Of a stretch of 64,000 bases of DNA, positions 50,451-62,347 are shown in pieces. Position 1 is the first letter of the stretch; each line of letters opens with the position of its first letter. A program made the translations under genes and the position numbers. A model generated the notes under the pieces. The model had not been told where the DNA came from and ran no database searches. It saw only the letters and a list, made by a program, of their open reading frames with translations. Origin of the DNA: Pecten maximus (lineage: Eukaryota); contig NC_047019.1 of assembly GCF_902652985.1 (NCBI RefSeq), positions 14,318,097 through 14,382,096 on the forward strand, in the 5' to 3' direction.

Positions 50451-51139
50451 AATCACAGAAGTTTCTTATTTGGTAATCTGCAGAAAAATATTTAGATGCC
50501 TGCCAAGTAGTTTGTTTATTTGAAGTTATGGATACATAGGGAGACAAAACAGAGAGACGCTAAGACGTAAAGGACTGCTTCTCATGTAGGATGAGGTCTT
50601 GTGTATAGATATTAGGCCAGTATAGTGTATAGACAGGAGCGCAAGGCTATCAACTTTGTGAGAAATAAATGACGCTGTATCGGGGCTGTAAGGATCAAAT
50701 CCGTTAAAATGATAAGCAGGTTCATCTCCAAAACCGGAAATCCCGACAAGTTAACGGTATTCAGCCTGTAGATTCCGGAGATGAATAAGGAAAAGGACGT
50801 CGGACATTGAAGGCACAATTAAAACCTGCTGGAAACAGTCAATGGTGTCGCCAATGCTTATTGTAACTCTCAAAAATTCTGGATATATATCTATCACGTG
50901 TCTTAATGCTTCGTTTGGTTTTCTATTAATGCTCATTTTGGAGCAGAGAATAATGGCCATCAGGTGTTCATCTATTATTTCAATAGTAAAAACATATTGT
51001 TTAGGTTCCGCCAGAGACTTGTATATCAGAGATCCGTGTAATGTATCTGAGGAATTGTCCTCATTTGCTGAAATTTGCACTGATTGCAAAAACAATCGGA
51101 CCCACTCGCTTGGATTCTCCCATTAGTATCTCTTCGTAT

Positions 51140-53660
51140 ATGTTTAAGGATCCGATACGTAGTGAGTGAAGAACTCGCCAGGAAAATTCTAGGAAAGTTG
51201 GACGAAAGCAAATCTCAGGCCCCTGACCAAATGCACCCAAGAGTATTGAAAGAACTTCAATAAGTCTTATGCAAACCTCTAAGTATTATTTTCAACAAAT
51301 CACTGGAATCAGGTAAAATACCATTAGCGTGGAAAGAAGCTAACATCACGGCAATATTTAAAAAGGAATCGAAAACAGAACCTGGAAACATCGTAGGTAA
51401 AACAATGTAAAGGATGATACGGGCTGCAATTGTTAAGCATGTGGATATAAATAATATGTTTAGTTATAGGCAATTTGGATTCATGTCAAAACGGTCAACG
51501 GCGCTACAACTTTTAATGGTTCTGGGGGATTGGACTAAAATTTTAGATCAAGGAGGGGAGGTTAATATCTACATGTACTTCATGAAGGCCTTCGATAAGG
51601 TCCAACATGGACGACTAATAGGAAAAGTTAGAAGCTACGGTATTAGCGAACGGGTCATATCATATGGATAGAAAGCTTTTTAAGTAATAGAAAACAATGG
51701 GTAGTGGTAAATGGAGCAATAGTCAGAAGAACACCACGTAACCAGCGGAATACCACAAGGAAGTGTTTTAGGCCCAGTATTGTTTGTTATTTATATTAAT
51801 GATTTACCAGAACACACAACATCTACAACATTCTTATTTGCGGACGTTACTAAGATATACAGGAATATCAAATGTGAAAATGATAAGGAGTTACTTCAAA
51901 AAGATTTAAATACATTAAAATCTTGGTCTGATATATGGTTGTAAAGTTTCATCCACAAAAATGCAAAGTACTTTCAGTCAATGGCAAAAACACGAGGACT
52001 TACTACATGGAAGGATCTGGTGAGGAGAAGATCGACCTGGAAAATATAACACAGGAAAAAGACATCGGTTGTGCTAGTAGACCGGAGATCTTACTTTCGC
52101 CGCTCACATTCAACAAGCAGTAAATAAAACAAATGGTATACTTGGGCTTATTCGCAGATCGTTCGTGGACTTAGATCAGGCAACATTCAAGCATTTATTC
52201 AGGGCTTTGGTTAGACCATATATCGAATACGGTGCTAATGTATGGTGCCCCTATAAAATTAAAGATATTGAAACATTGGAACATGTGCAAAGAAGAGCGA
52301 CTAAGTTAATTCCAGGATTTAAGGGGCTACCATACAGCTAGCCCGAGTTTTCTCTGGCCCTGTCACCATGTCTGGTGTAGGGCCAGAGCGCACTACTATA
52401 TGAAAACGTGGAATTATCCGACACCGTTTGGTGTCGCTAAGAATTTGATGCAAAAACAATAAAATCGGGTGTGACATAACACCTACCTTACATATATGGA
52501 TAAATGAGATATTTATGTACCCCAAAACACCCATTTAGTCTCATCTAGGTGTTTTATTTCGTCCGTACAGGCCCTCGCTTTACGCTAGTCAAAATTTCAT
52601 ACTGTTGACCCGCCATTTTGTAAGTGACAGTACGACTAACCACCCAAATCGGAACGCAATGGACCGAAAAGACCACATATCATTTATTGTGTTTTTCTTC
52701 TTACAAAGTTTAAATTATGAAAACTAAGTTGATTATTTCCCAAAAGATGTTATATTCCATTAAAAAAATCATTATTTATAAATTATAAGCGGTAAAATAT
52801 ATAAAAGTAAATGTTGTATTTTTTTTTCTTTTCGCTCCATCGCGCACAGATTAGGGTAATTAGGCGGACCGCGACCTACATAGTTAGCAATATGGCGTCG
52901 AGTCAAGTATGAAATTTTGACTAGCGTAAAGCGAGGGTCTATACGGACGGAATAAAACACCTATATGAGACTAAATGGGTGTTTTGGGGTACATAAATAT
53001 CTCATTTATCCATATATGTAAGGTAGGTGTTATGTCACACCCGATTTTATTGTTTTTGCATCAAATTCTTAGCGACACCAAACGGTGTCGGATAATTCCA
53101 CGTTTTAATATAGTAGTGCGCTCTGGCCCTACACCAGACATGGTGACAGGGCCAGAGAAAACTCGGGCTACCATACAGCGAGAGACTAAAAAAGCTAGGA
53201 CTCCCTATCGGCGAATAAGAGGAGATGACATCATACATGTTTTTAAAAATTATATCAAGGAGCACGACCACAGGGTCACAAATGGATTTTTTGAGATTGA
53301 AAATATCAAACCGAACAAGAGGACATACATTTGCATGAAGATTAAGAAGAAATACTGCAAGCGCGAGATCAGAAAACATTCATTCAGTTTTAGAATCGTG
53401 GACATCTGGACCAGTCTTCCCGAACGTGTTGTTGTTTCTGCAGCAATAAAAGACTTTGAAATAAACCTTGATATCCACTGGAAGGACCTTGATTTGAAAT
53501 ACAACCATTTGGCGGGTTATAACACAACATCCGGAAGAAACACTGACATTTTAATTCAATAATTGAGATATGGATATAGAGGCATAACGCCTGCATTCAT
53601 TATTTATCATATATAATATCATATCGTATCATATCACATCATATATTTCACGCCACAAAA
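51140..53660 (+). mobile_element. 5'-truncated, degenerate CR1/L2-like non-LTR retrotransposon (RT domain through 3' end) with an (atcatat)-type microsatellite tail
   Basis: RT motifs APDQMHPRVLKEL, LAWKEANITAIFKK, FRQFGF..RST..QLL, FMKAFDKVQHGRL, FHPQKCKVL, AHIQQAVNKTNGILGLIRRSF; C-terminal YRRIRGDDIIHVFK...HSFSFRIVDIWTSLPERVV; multiple stops and frameshifts. Confidence 0.7.
52322..52650 (-). repeat. Inverted duplicate of LINE segment 52870-53190 (a hairpin-like rearrangement inside the CR1-like element)
   Basis: Track ORFs 52319-52534(-) and 52975-53562(+) share an identical 65-aa N-terminal sequence. Confidence 0.8.
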
Positions 53661-54204
53661 CTGTCGTGTCGAAAATATACTCACACGTTCTTCGACGTCA
53701 ATGTTTAGAGCTGGTGTCGGCAAATACCTGCGCGTTTTGTATTCACGGTTATCCGCGTTTTATATTCACGGTTATCCGGTTGCGCAGTGCTGAGGAATGC
53801 ATCAACCGACGGAATTAAAAAAAGAATGATAGTAAATCATCCAGATAAGTTGGAGGTATTTGAAACTTTAAAACATTGGTTATCTCTCTATATAAAGAAC
53901 GTTAAACCGTAAGAAATTGGAAACTAGTGATCTGAGTTTTCCAATATAAATATCGTAAAATATTAGATAATCCGCTTTTTATGTTTCCGGCCTAAAATAA
54001 ACATTGAATTACCAGCATCCTGGAAACGGATTTTATATGTAAGCAGTAAGGTTTGTTTCCGAATCCAGCTTGATTTTTAATATACATTGTAGTGTAAGTT
54101 TTCTATTATAGTTCACAAACGAATGAAACATAGTCAATCGCCAGCAAATAGTCGGGTATTACACTTTTATCTCGTCCCGTCCGACACACACATCACGTTT
54201 ATTA

Positions 54205-54850
54205 ATGGGTAGTGTACGATACCGTCCACTGAGGAGTCATAGCCTATTAATAGAAACTGGACAGCATAGAAAAGTTCCTCACTATTTAAGAGTTTGTCCT
54301 TTCTGTAAAAATGACGTAGAAGATGAATACCATTTCATTTTAAAATGTCCCTCCTTTAACGGCCCCAGAATAAAATATATAAAGCCTCACTATCTGGTTA
54401 ATTCCTCTGTCAATAAGTTAATCAATTTACTATCAACCGGTAATGTTAAAGAATTAAGTAATCTGGGCAAGTTTTTATACCAAGCATCTTTACTACGTTC
54501 TACTCTGATGGCTTCTAGTGGTTTGACCCATATTATTCATTTACCTTTTTGAATCATATATATATATGCATGATATAGTGTCATATGCCAGTGCATTGCT
54601 CTACCCGAGCTGACTTGAATTATATTCTATGTTTGGTTTGGTTTGGTTTATTTTGTTTAACGTCCTATTAACATCTAAGGTCATTTAAGGACGGCCTCCC
54701 GTGCGTGCGACATGCATGCGTGTGGTGAGTGCGTATGTGTGTCCCGGGAGGCTGCGGTATGTTCGTGTTAAGTCTCCTTGTGATAGGCCGGAACTTTTGC
54801 CGATTTATAGTGCTATCTCACTGAAGCATACTGCCGAAGACAACCAGCAG
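54205..54850 (+). mobile_element. 3' fragment of another non-LTR retrotransposon: ORF2 C-terminal Cys/His motif region (54205-54552) plus a 3'UTR repeat (54625-54850)
   Basis: LRSHSLLIETGQHRKVPHYLRVCPFCKNDVEDEYHFILKCPSFNGPR matches the canonical ORF2 C-terminal finger; the downstream repeat recurs at 57835-58045(-) and 60650-60790(+). Confidence 0.5.
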
Positions 54851-55289
54851 CACACCCCACCCGGTCACATTATACTGACAACGGGCGAACCAGTCGTCCA
54901 ACTCCTAATATGCTGAGCGCTAAGCAAGGAGCAATAACTACCATTTTTAAAGACTCTGGTATGTCTCGGCTAGGGGACAGGGCCCAAAGCCTTCATCATA
55001 GGGGCGAACGCTCAACTAAAGGCCAAAAGTGAGGCATTGTCAAGGGAGACATTAGGAAGAAGAAAGTTGTTCAGAAAGAAGAGAAAAGATAAGATCCCAA
55101 ATTTAGTCGCCTCTTACGATCATGCAATGGGGGCAGCAGGTACAATTCTTACGCCCTACCTGCAGGGAAAATATTATAATTGTAAGATGTTGATGAGATG
55201 TATACTCTCAAGACTAATAAAGAATTGGATTGATTGGTGAACCTAAATCAAATCTATGTGTGTTTTTGATACCGAAACAATTTAACCTA

Positions 55290-55510
55290 ACAACAAATTA
55301 CAATGGGTAACAACAAATCACAATGGGTAACAACAAATCACAATGGGTAACAACAAATCACAATGGGTAACAACAAATAACAATGGGTAACAACAAATCA
55401 CAATGGGTAACAACAAATCACAATAGGTAGCAACAAATCACAATGGGTAACAACAAATCACAATGGGTAGCAACAAATCACAATGGGTAACAACAAATCA
55501 CAATGGGTTA
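55290..55510. repeat. 20-bp minisatellite (caacaaatcacaatgggtaa), about 11 copies
   Basis: Tandem units. Confidence 0.9.
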
Positions 55511-55860
55511 CATTCAATTATACTATTAATAGCTTACTGTTATCGTGACAGTTTGCCATCAAATCGCTGTAATTTTTGACATCATGTCGCATAAAAAATA
55601 AAATTTGCTTGTGTGAATTTTTTTTTATATTTAATGCTGACCAAGGTGACGATGAGTTAGTAAGACTTGTGAATAGTCCGCAATACTTTATGAAGCATCT
55701 AGCCCCGACATGGGACAGGAATTCTTACTCCGCTATGCAACAGAGCAATCGGTGTCTAAATCACACGGGTAGCGACATAGCATTGTGGTATTACCGAGGA
55801 GTTTTGAAGGGCCGGAAGTTTGTCATTTTAAGAAAGGACTTGTTTTGAATATCAAGAAGA

Positions 55861-55913
55861 ATGTTTGCTTTGGTACTGCTGGTATTGGCTTCAGCAGCTG
55901 CAGCAGATGATGG
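55861..55913 (+). CDS. Secreted-protein gene exon 1: signal peptide MFALVLLVLASAAAADDG
   Basis: ATG followed by a hydrophobic core and AxA-like site; GTAAGT donor at 55914. Confidence 0.55.
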
Positions 55914-56454
55914 GTAAGTTTTAATGATACTTGTGCAGAAACATTTGTAGCAATTTCACAATTTATTAACCTAAAGATAAGCATGTCTTCTGAATTATTA
56001 GTATACGTAGCTAAAGATAAATAATTTTACATACTTCTGTGTTTGCTTAGTTGACATGTTCAATCAAATGCAATGGTTGTATTATTTTGCACGCTGACAG
56101 TTTAATACGACATACGAAGTTGTTATTTACTGAGGGAACAATATCTATCCACTATTTGATTTAAAATAACGTCTTGTTTGGGTATCATGTATTGTAAGTT
56201 TTTCACACTGGCAGTTGAATACGGCAGACCAAGTTGTCATTTACTAAGCGATCAATATCTATCCAGTATTTGTTACCCTTAACTTAGTCCAACTACGACC
56301 CAATGCAGTCATTCCCGACTACGGTCAGCTACATGTACGTGCACGATCGTATGATATGGACGCGGCTTTAGGGATATTAAATTGTTTAAAATGTATATGC
56401 TGCCACCATTTCTATAGTCCAGATCCTTGCCTTATTTGTTCTTTCCTTACTTTT

Positions 56455-56710
56455 CTTGTCTACCTGTTTGTCTTTTTTCCGTGACTTCTTTCCGTGCTTT
56501 GTTTCCTTTTCTTGGTGTTCACTTGACAACCGTCCACATACGACCCTTGCTGGTGGTGTCGGTCCCCTTGAAAACCAACCTCATATGACCCTGGTTGATG
56601 GTGTCGCCTTGAAATCCGACCTCGCACAATCCTGTCTATTGGTGTCCCCCTGAATCCAGCCTCATAAGATCCTTGCTGTTGGTGTCCCCTTGCCAACAAA
56701 CCTCATGTAA
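56455..56710. repeat. Degenerate ~45-bp tandem repeat (...acc.ca.a.gaccct.gctg.tggtgtc...) in about 5 copies
   Basis: Recurring ggtgtcnccttg / gaccctg blocks. Confidence 0.5.
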
Positions 56711-57627
56711 CCCTGGCTAGTCATAAGACGTTAAACCCCGTCACTCGACAATCACTGAATAACATGACATAGCCAGGAAAACAAAGAAATATTCACAGAA
56801 GTATTCACTCAATTACAAAGCAGAATACTTAAGAATCTTAAGATTACGATTGTTACAACAAAAAATAAGTCAAAACAAATAGAGACAAAGGTCACAGTCT
56901 GAATTCCAGTATTTAATTGCTTGACTCAACGAGAATGTTGGAAACGAAAATGCCATGAGACAGTTTGAAGAGACAGCTGATAGGGCAATCATAACGGCAA
57001 GGGCATTGCATAATGTCGAGGTTATTGTAACGTTCTAGTTACGTTTCTAGTGACACGGTCCAGAACGGTACACTTATCTAACGTTCTTTTGAGATCCGAT
57101 ATTGAAGCCCTTTACGAATTATAGGTCTTGTGTAACCCTAATCAGGATTTGAACATTTCATTCGGCTTATTTCGATTCTAATGGTCCCTCCATATCACTC
57201 ACGAATTCTAGAAGGACGTAACAGTTGTATGTTACAGTTTAAAACACCTTGGCTCCACTGTACTACAATATTATATCATTATTTATATATTAAGTATTAA
57301 GCAAAAGTCACATCAGGGCCCAGTCCTTTAAAAGGCTTAGTCGCTTGAATAGTAAAAATCGCATTTCTCCTTTACTTTCAATAATATATGTGTATACCCT
57401 TCAAAATCAGCATGTATAAAGAGACTGGTAGATGTTATAGTTTAAGAAAATTTTGTCAAACAAGTTTTACTATAAATTATCAGGATTTTAATAATACTGT
57501 TGTTAAACTCTGATTAGCCTAATCACCTTTTGAACAACTGGGCCCAGATATCAGCACCTTTCAATGATTATAACGATAGAGAATAGACAGCTGGTTCCAT
57601 TCTCTACTCTAACATTTATTGTTACAG

Positions 57628-57694
57628 GGTGTTTGACATCAGATACCCGAACGTCATTATAGCGGCCCAGGACGACGGCAATGTGTCTCTACAG
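57628..57694 (+). CDS. Secreted-protein gene exon 2: (G)VFDIRYPNVIIAAQDDGNVSLQ
   Basis: gttacag acceptor, GTACAA donor; the phase joins exon 1 exactly (GG+G). Confidence 0.5.
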
Positions 57695-57834
57695 GTACAA
57701 TTTGATAATCACACCAAGTTCATTGTTCAGAAACTTTTATATCAGTTGTACTGTTCTCACATTACCCTTATTTATGTACCGACTGCATATTCAGCCTACG
57801 TTCTTCATAGTTTCACACTGGTCCAATGAACGGG

Positions 57835-58045
57835 TGTCTTCGGCAGTATGCTTCAGTGAGGTAGCACTATAAACCTGCAAAAGGTCCGGCCTATCACAAT
57901 GAGACTAAACACAAACATACCGCAGTCTCCCAAAACACACATACGCACTCACCACACGCATGCATGTCTCACGCACGGGATGCCGTCCTTAAATGACCTT
58001 GGCTGTTAATAGGACGTTAAACAAAATAAACAAACCAAAGTTCTA
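57835..58045 (-). repeat. Inverted copy of the 54625-54850 LINE-3'UTR-like repeat
   Basis: Reverse-complement match (ggcctcccgtgcgtgcgacatgcatgcgtgtgg core). Confidence 0.75.
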
Positions 58046-58337
58046 GGTTATAAAGAATGTTAAGCTACAAAGAAAGTAGATACTGCCTGTAATATACATA
58101 TATCTTTTCTATGACTAGAAGGACTTAAGTGAGTAGATTTGAAATTGTGTAACTTTATTTTTTGCATCGATTCTGAACATCACTTTTTTAAAATTTGTAA
58201 TGATCTGCATGAATGTTCATAATTTACGCATGACATAAGTGTTTTAATATTTTCCGTTGTCATGAAGATCACTTGAATTTTGCCATATTATTGAGAAAAT
58301 ACATTGCTTTGAATTATATTAATGTTCTTGCCGTTAG

Positions 58338-58430
58338 TCTGGCCGTACCACCGGCGATTTGTACATACTACCCGGACCGAACGGAGGCTCTGTATACTTG
58401 GATGACGTAGACCTCCTTCATATCATACAG
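58338..58430 (+). CDS. Secreted-protein gene exon 3: SGRTTGDLYILPGPNGGSVYLDDVDLLHIIQ
   Basis: ccgttag acceptor, GTAACG donor; phase 0/0. Confidence 0.5.
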
Positions 58431-58519
58431 GTAACGTATTCTACCTTCTCCAGCTCTACAACATACTTCTTCGGGTGAAGTAAATGGTCCGGAACGTCTG
58501 CTGATCTCTATTTTACTTA

Positions 58520-58775
58520 ACCTTCATGATAGCTCGCTTCATAAACACCCTTTATATACTATAGTTAGCTACTTTTGCATCTCCCCTCCATGATAACTCG
58601 CTTCCATCAATATCTTTTATATACTAAAGTTAGCTACTTTTACATCCCCCCTTCATGATAACTCACTTCCATCAATATCCTTTATATACTGAAGTTAGCT
58701 ATTTTTACATCCCCCCTTCATGATAACTCGCTTCATCAATACCCTTTATACACTGAAGTTAGCTAATTTTACATC
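58520..58775. repeat. ~62-64-bp tandem repeat in 4 copies (cttcatgataactcgcttccatcaatatcctttatatactgaagttagctacttttacatcccc)
   Basis: Direct tandem units. Confidence 0.85.
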
Positions 58776-59096
58776 TCACTATCCAGACTTTGGTTTTTTT
58801 CTATTTCGAGTTTTATTTTTGGTCGCCTCCTTCTCCGACACTTTTGATATGCCATTAGCTTTACTGACAAGTCCTAGTCGAAGTAGCTGTATGGCGCAGT
58901 CTTATTCATTTTGACACCACTGTTACTGTCAGTTTGTTTTGAAAGGCGATAACATCTTGTTTGTTTGGTCTCTGACATCTGTACATTCAATTGATGGTAA
59001 ATGATAATATTTTCTGACCAGGAATGACATACATTTGGATACGTACTATGTCTGAATGCTTTGGTCTGATTAAGTGTGTTTTCTTTCATATACAAG

Positions 59097-59198
59097 ATTG
59101 CTACAAGCCTCCCTCCCGTTTGGTCTCCTCATGCCCATGTTGGATTTTTCGGCACCTTTAAAGGGGAAGAAAAAGTCGACTTGAAGTTAGAAGCGGAG
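59097..59198 (+). CDS. Secreted-protein gene exon 4: IATSLPPVWSPHAHVGFFGTFKGEEKVDLKLEAE
   Basis: tacaag acceptor, GTAAAC donor; in-frame with track ORF 59076. Confidence 0.5.
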
Positions 59199-59408
59199 GT
59201 AAACTTGATAGAGCTAACGAATGCATGCTTTTTATTAATTGCAAAAGGAAAGGCTTACATTTATGAAATATATAATTCATCTGAACCCTACTCATGCATT
59301 AGAAAATACACCGGTCGACATTGCTACATTTGTATATGTGGCAATTTAGAGCAAATAAGTATGCCTTTTAGAGTACTATATCACAATAGCATTGGTTAAC
59401 TGTTTTAG

Positions 59409-59598
59409 GACCCTGAAGGCGGAACCTTGACGTTTGCACTCGTTGCTGGAAATCTCCCACCAGGTTTTACGCTGAACGGTACTACCGGTCACGTGATGGG
59501 CGTGGTTCCTGATGTAACCACTAGCTACTCGTTCACCATCCGGGCAATCGATATGCATAACCAATTCGCTGATGCAGTTTTCAAGATGGAAACATTAG
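59409..59598 (+). CDS. Secreted-protein gene exon 5: cadherin-like / putative-Ig (He_PIG-type) motif DPEGGTLTFALVAGNLPPGFTLNGTTGHVMGVVPDVTTSYSFTIRAIDMHNQFADAVFKMETL
   Basis: tgttttag acceptor, GTACGA donor; in-frame with track ORF 59427; the LPPGFTLN..TG.V.G.P....Y.FT..A.D pattern. Confidence 0.55.
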
Positions 59599-60443
59599 GT
59601 ACGACTTACTCTGTCTTTGAATCATTTTATGTCACACTGTGTGACTACTGTCCATTTACCGTCTCTCTGTCCACTAACTATCCTTGTCATCGCGTTGGTG
59701 ACTTTATCCTTGATTAGGTGAAACATGTGAAAAGTTGTGACCAAAGATAAAAAGTAAATCCAATTTTAGGTCTGAACTGGTGAAGTGTATGTGTATTATG
59801 GAGTAGTACTTAACCACGGTTGTCCGCATTACAATTCCGCGAATAATAATCAATCTTATCAATTCTTAATTTCACGTATTTAAATATAGATACAGATTGT
59901 AATGATATTTGTAGGCTTTTGCACCAAACTTCAAAATTTACAGTTTTGTTCTTCAAACTTCAAAACATCACACTTGCGGATTTTTTTTTCTTCAAATTGT
60001 TCTTTTCCAATGTAGTTCAAAATACTTCCTCGAATGAAAGAGCACGACTTGCCTTTTCGGGAATGCTCTATGACCCTGACCTCTGTCACTTTGCATTGCC
60101 AAAGTTGTTGCTATTTCCTCACTTCGTGCAAACTTCATGCGTGATGTTCAGACTTAATTTGACAATAATATACGTGAAAAGAAAGTAAAACTTCGGTTTT
60201 TATTAAGAAATCGAAGACCTCCCTGTTTATTCGAATCAATAACTTTGTCGTTAAGTAGCATATGTAACAGATAATAGAAGATCTTCTCTCCACAAAAAAT
60301 CTTTTTAACGTGAGTTTTACTTCCATTTATGTTATCTTTAGTTGAAATGTCTATTATTTCAAGAAATGTATTTCCTTTTTCCTGGAAGTAGTGTTGATTA
60401 TATGTGCCGTTTTCCAAATATAAGGACATCAATATATATTTCA

Positions 60444-60558
60444 GAGTTTGATCACTGTTCATCCAACCCTTGTCTACACAACGGTCAATGTACAGACACG
60501 ACGGGAGGATTCCTATGTAACTGTACCACTACTTACGGCGGGGCTAAATGTGAATTCG
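60444..60558 (+). CDS. Secreted-protein gene exon 6: EGF-like domain (E)FDHCSSNPCLHNGQCTDTTGGFLCNCTTTYGGAKCEF
   Basis: tttcag acceptor, GTATGG donor; six-Cys EGF spacing; in-frame with track ORF 60342. Confidence 0.65.
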
Positions 60559-60649
60559 GTATGGAAACATAGCGTTGGTTTATTTTTTTTCAATTTATAG
60601 AGTCATAAGAATACGGCTATGACCTCAATATATGATTGACATGTCTATA

Positions 60650-60790
60650 TTTTGTTTTGGTTTGGTTTCTTATTGTTTAACGTCCAATCAACAGCTAAGG
60701 GCATTTAAGGACGGCCTCCCGTGCGTGCGACATGCATGCGTGTGGCGAGTGCATGTGTTTTGAGAGGCTGTGGTATGTATACTATAGGTT
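60650..60790 (+). repeat. Third copy of the same repeat
   Basis: ggtttggtttcttattgtttaacgtcc...aaggacggcctcccgtgcgtgcgacatgcatgcgtgtgg. Confidence 0.7.
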
Positions 60791-61198
60791 GTTAATGTTT
60801 GTCTCCTTGCAATAACGGAGATCTGGTGCCGAATATACCCCAGGTGTTAGTGTAATCGTTCAGAATATACTGACAGTAAATCAGTAATTGCACATCGAGC
60901 ATATAATACCTTGATTTTGGTCTTCCACATTGTTAAGTGATTTATTTATGTTTTTTCTTCCTGATATTATGTAACATTGAATAATATACACAGTGCCTGA
61001 TAGACATGAACGGCAAAACATTTCAATAAGTCATCGCTATGCAGGAAAATTACACAATGACACAGTCAATATGTATTACAAATACCAACTATCAATATTG
61101 AATGTTGAATACGAGTAGACCTACTACAGAGAGGTTATTTTTATAATGTATTTATCTTTTATCTAAGCATGTTCCAGTCACGCTGTCAGTATACATAG

Positions 61199-61335
61199 TC
61201 GAAGCACCATACCTAATGCCCAGATGACCGCCTATCTAACCTACAGTAGCTATCTTGCCTCCAATGGCCGATACGGCGCTAGTAGCTACGGTTGGTGTGG
61301 CCAAGGTACCAATTCATGGCTGCAAGTCGACTTAG
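61199..61335 (+). CDS. Secreted-protein gene exon: discoidin (F5/8 type C) N-terminal part ...TYSSYLASNGRYGASSYGWCGQGTNSWLQVDL; the 5' boundary is uncertain
   Basis: W..WLQVDL discoidin signature; GTAACT donor at 61336; the acceptor phase to the EGF exon is unresolved, so an intervening exon may be missed. Confidence 0.5.
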
Positions 61336-61640
61336 GTAACTAACAAATAGAAAATAGTATTCTTCTTCTTCATCTTTTACGTTTCTATTGGTGCCATTTT
61401 TGCGGTCATTATAAATAATATATGTGTTCATATATCAAGAGTGTTTCCTTTACGCTTTTAATGACTTTTAATAGCACGAGATCATAATACAATAATACGT
61501 ATATTTCATAGTTCAAAAGTGTTATACATCCTTTTTGTTGTGCTTATTACACATAATAATCAGCACAACCTACACAGGAAGACAATGTTTTCTACACCAT
61601 GTATAGAGATTTGATATGTTTTCTGTTATTGTGTTCTCAG

Positions 61641-61774
61641 GAAATATAACCCGGATCTACAAAGTGACACAACAAGGCTATTCTAGTCCTCAGTACACAA
61701 CGGGTTACACACTGTCCTACAGTACAGACGGAAACAACTTCCAGGAAGTTACCGACACCAATGGTAACACACAT
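61641..61774 (+). CDS. Secreted-protein gene exon: discoidin middle part (G)NITRIYKVTQQGYSSPQYTTGYTLSYSTDGNNFQEVTDTNGNTH
   Basis: ttctcag acceptor, GTATGT donor; the phase joins the previous exon; track ORF 61616. Confidence 0.6.
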
Positions 61775-62211
61775 GTATGTATAGAATCAGGTCACGTGAT
61801 GTAGCCGGAAGCCGACTAGATAATTAAAATTGGCATAATAACCTTTAGTAAAATAGTATTTTTATCCATGGCTTAAACCACGGTTGGCAGAACGTTTTTA
61901 AAATAATTATTTCAACTGAAATTTTGAGACCTAGCTGAAATTGATTGAACAGAGAAATGTTTATATTGCCACCAAAGAATGATGTGTGGAATTACTTGAG
62001 TGTTAGATTCAACTTCAATGTAATAAAAAAAATCATTGAACACTGACCAGAGAGACTAGACGAAAATACAGAACAATTAGCGCAATAGGTAAAGCAGGAT
62101 ATTTTGAATATAGCTATTTGAGAGATAAAAAAAACATTAGGGAATATAAACAGAAATTATTCCTAAAACATGCATTAATACTAATGGATTGTCCTCCATT
62201 TTACATTGTAG

Positions 62212-62347
62212 ACGTTCCCGGCGTCAACAAGTACGCGTTCCAGCTATCTACCAACACCAATTGATGCCAGGTTTGTTCGTTTCCATCCCAAGACATATAG
62301 TTCAAGACCTTGCTTTAAAGTGGAACTGTACGGTTGTCGTGTGTATG
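62212..62347 (+). CDS. Secreted-protein gene exon: discoidin C-terminal part ...PIDARFVRFHPKTYSSRPCFKVELYGCRVY
   Basis: ttgtag acceptor, GTATCT donor; the ARFVR..P......C...ELYGC discoidin end motif. Confidence 0.6.

Noticed and set aside
50751-51126. Overlapping track ORFs (114 aa minus, 94 aa plus) upstream of the CR1-like RT fragment
   Set aside because: Neither frame has recognisable endonuclease or other motifs. The region is likely degraded LINE 5' sequence or spacer.
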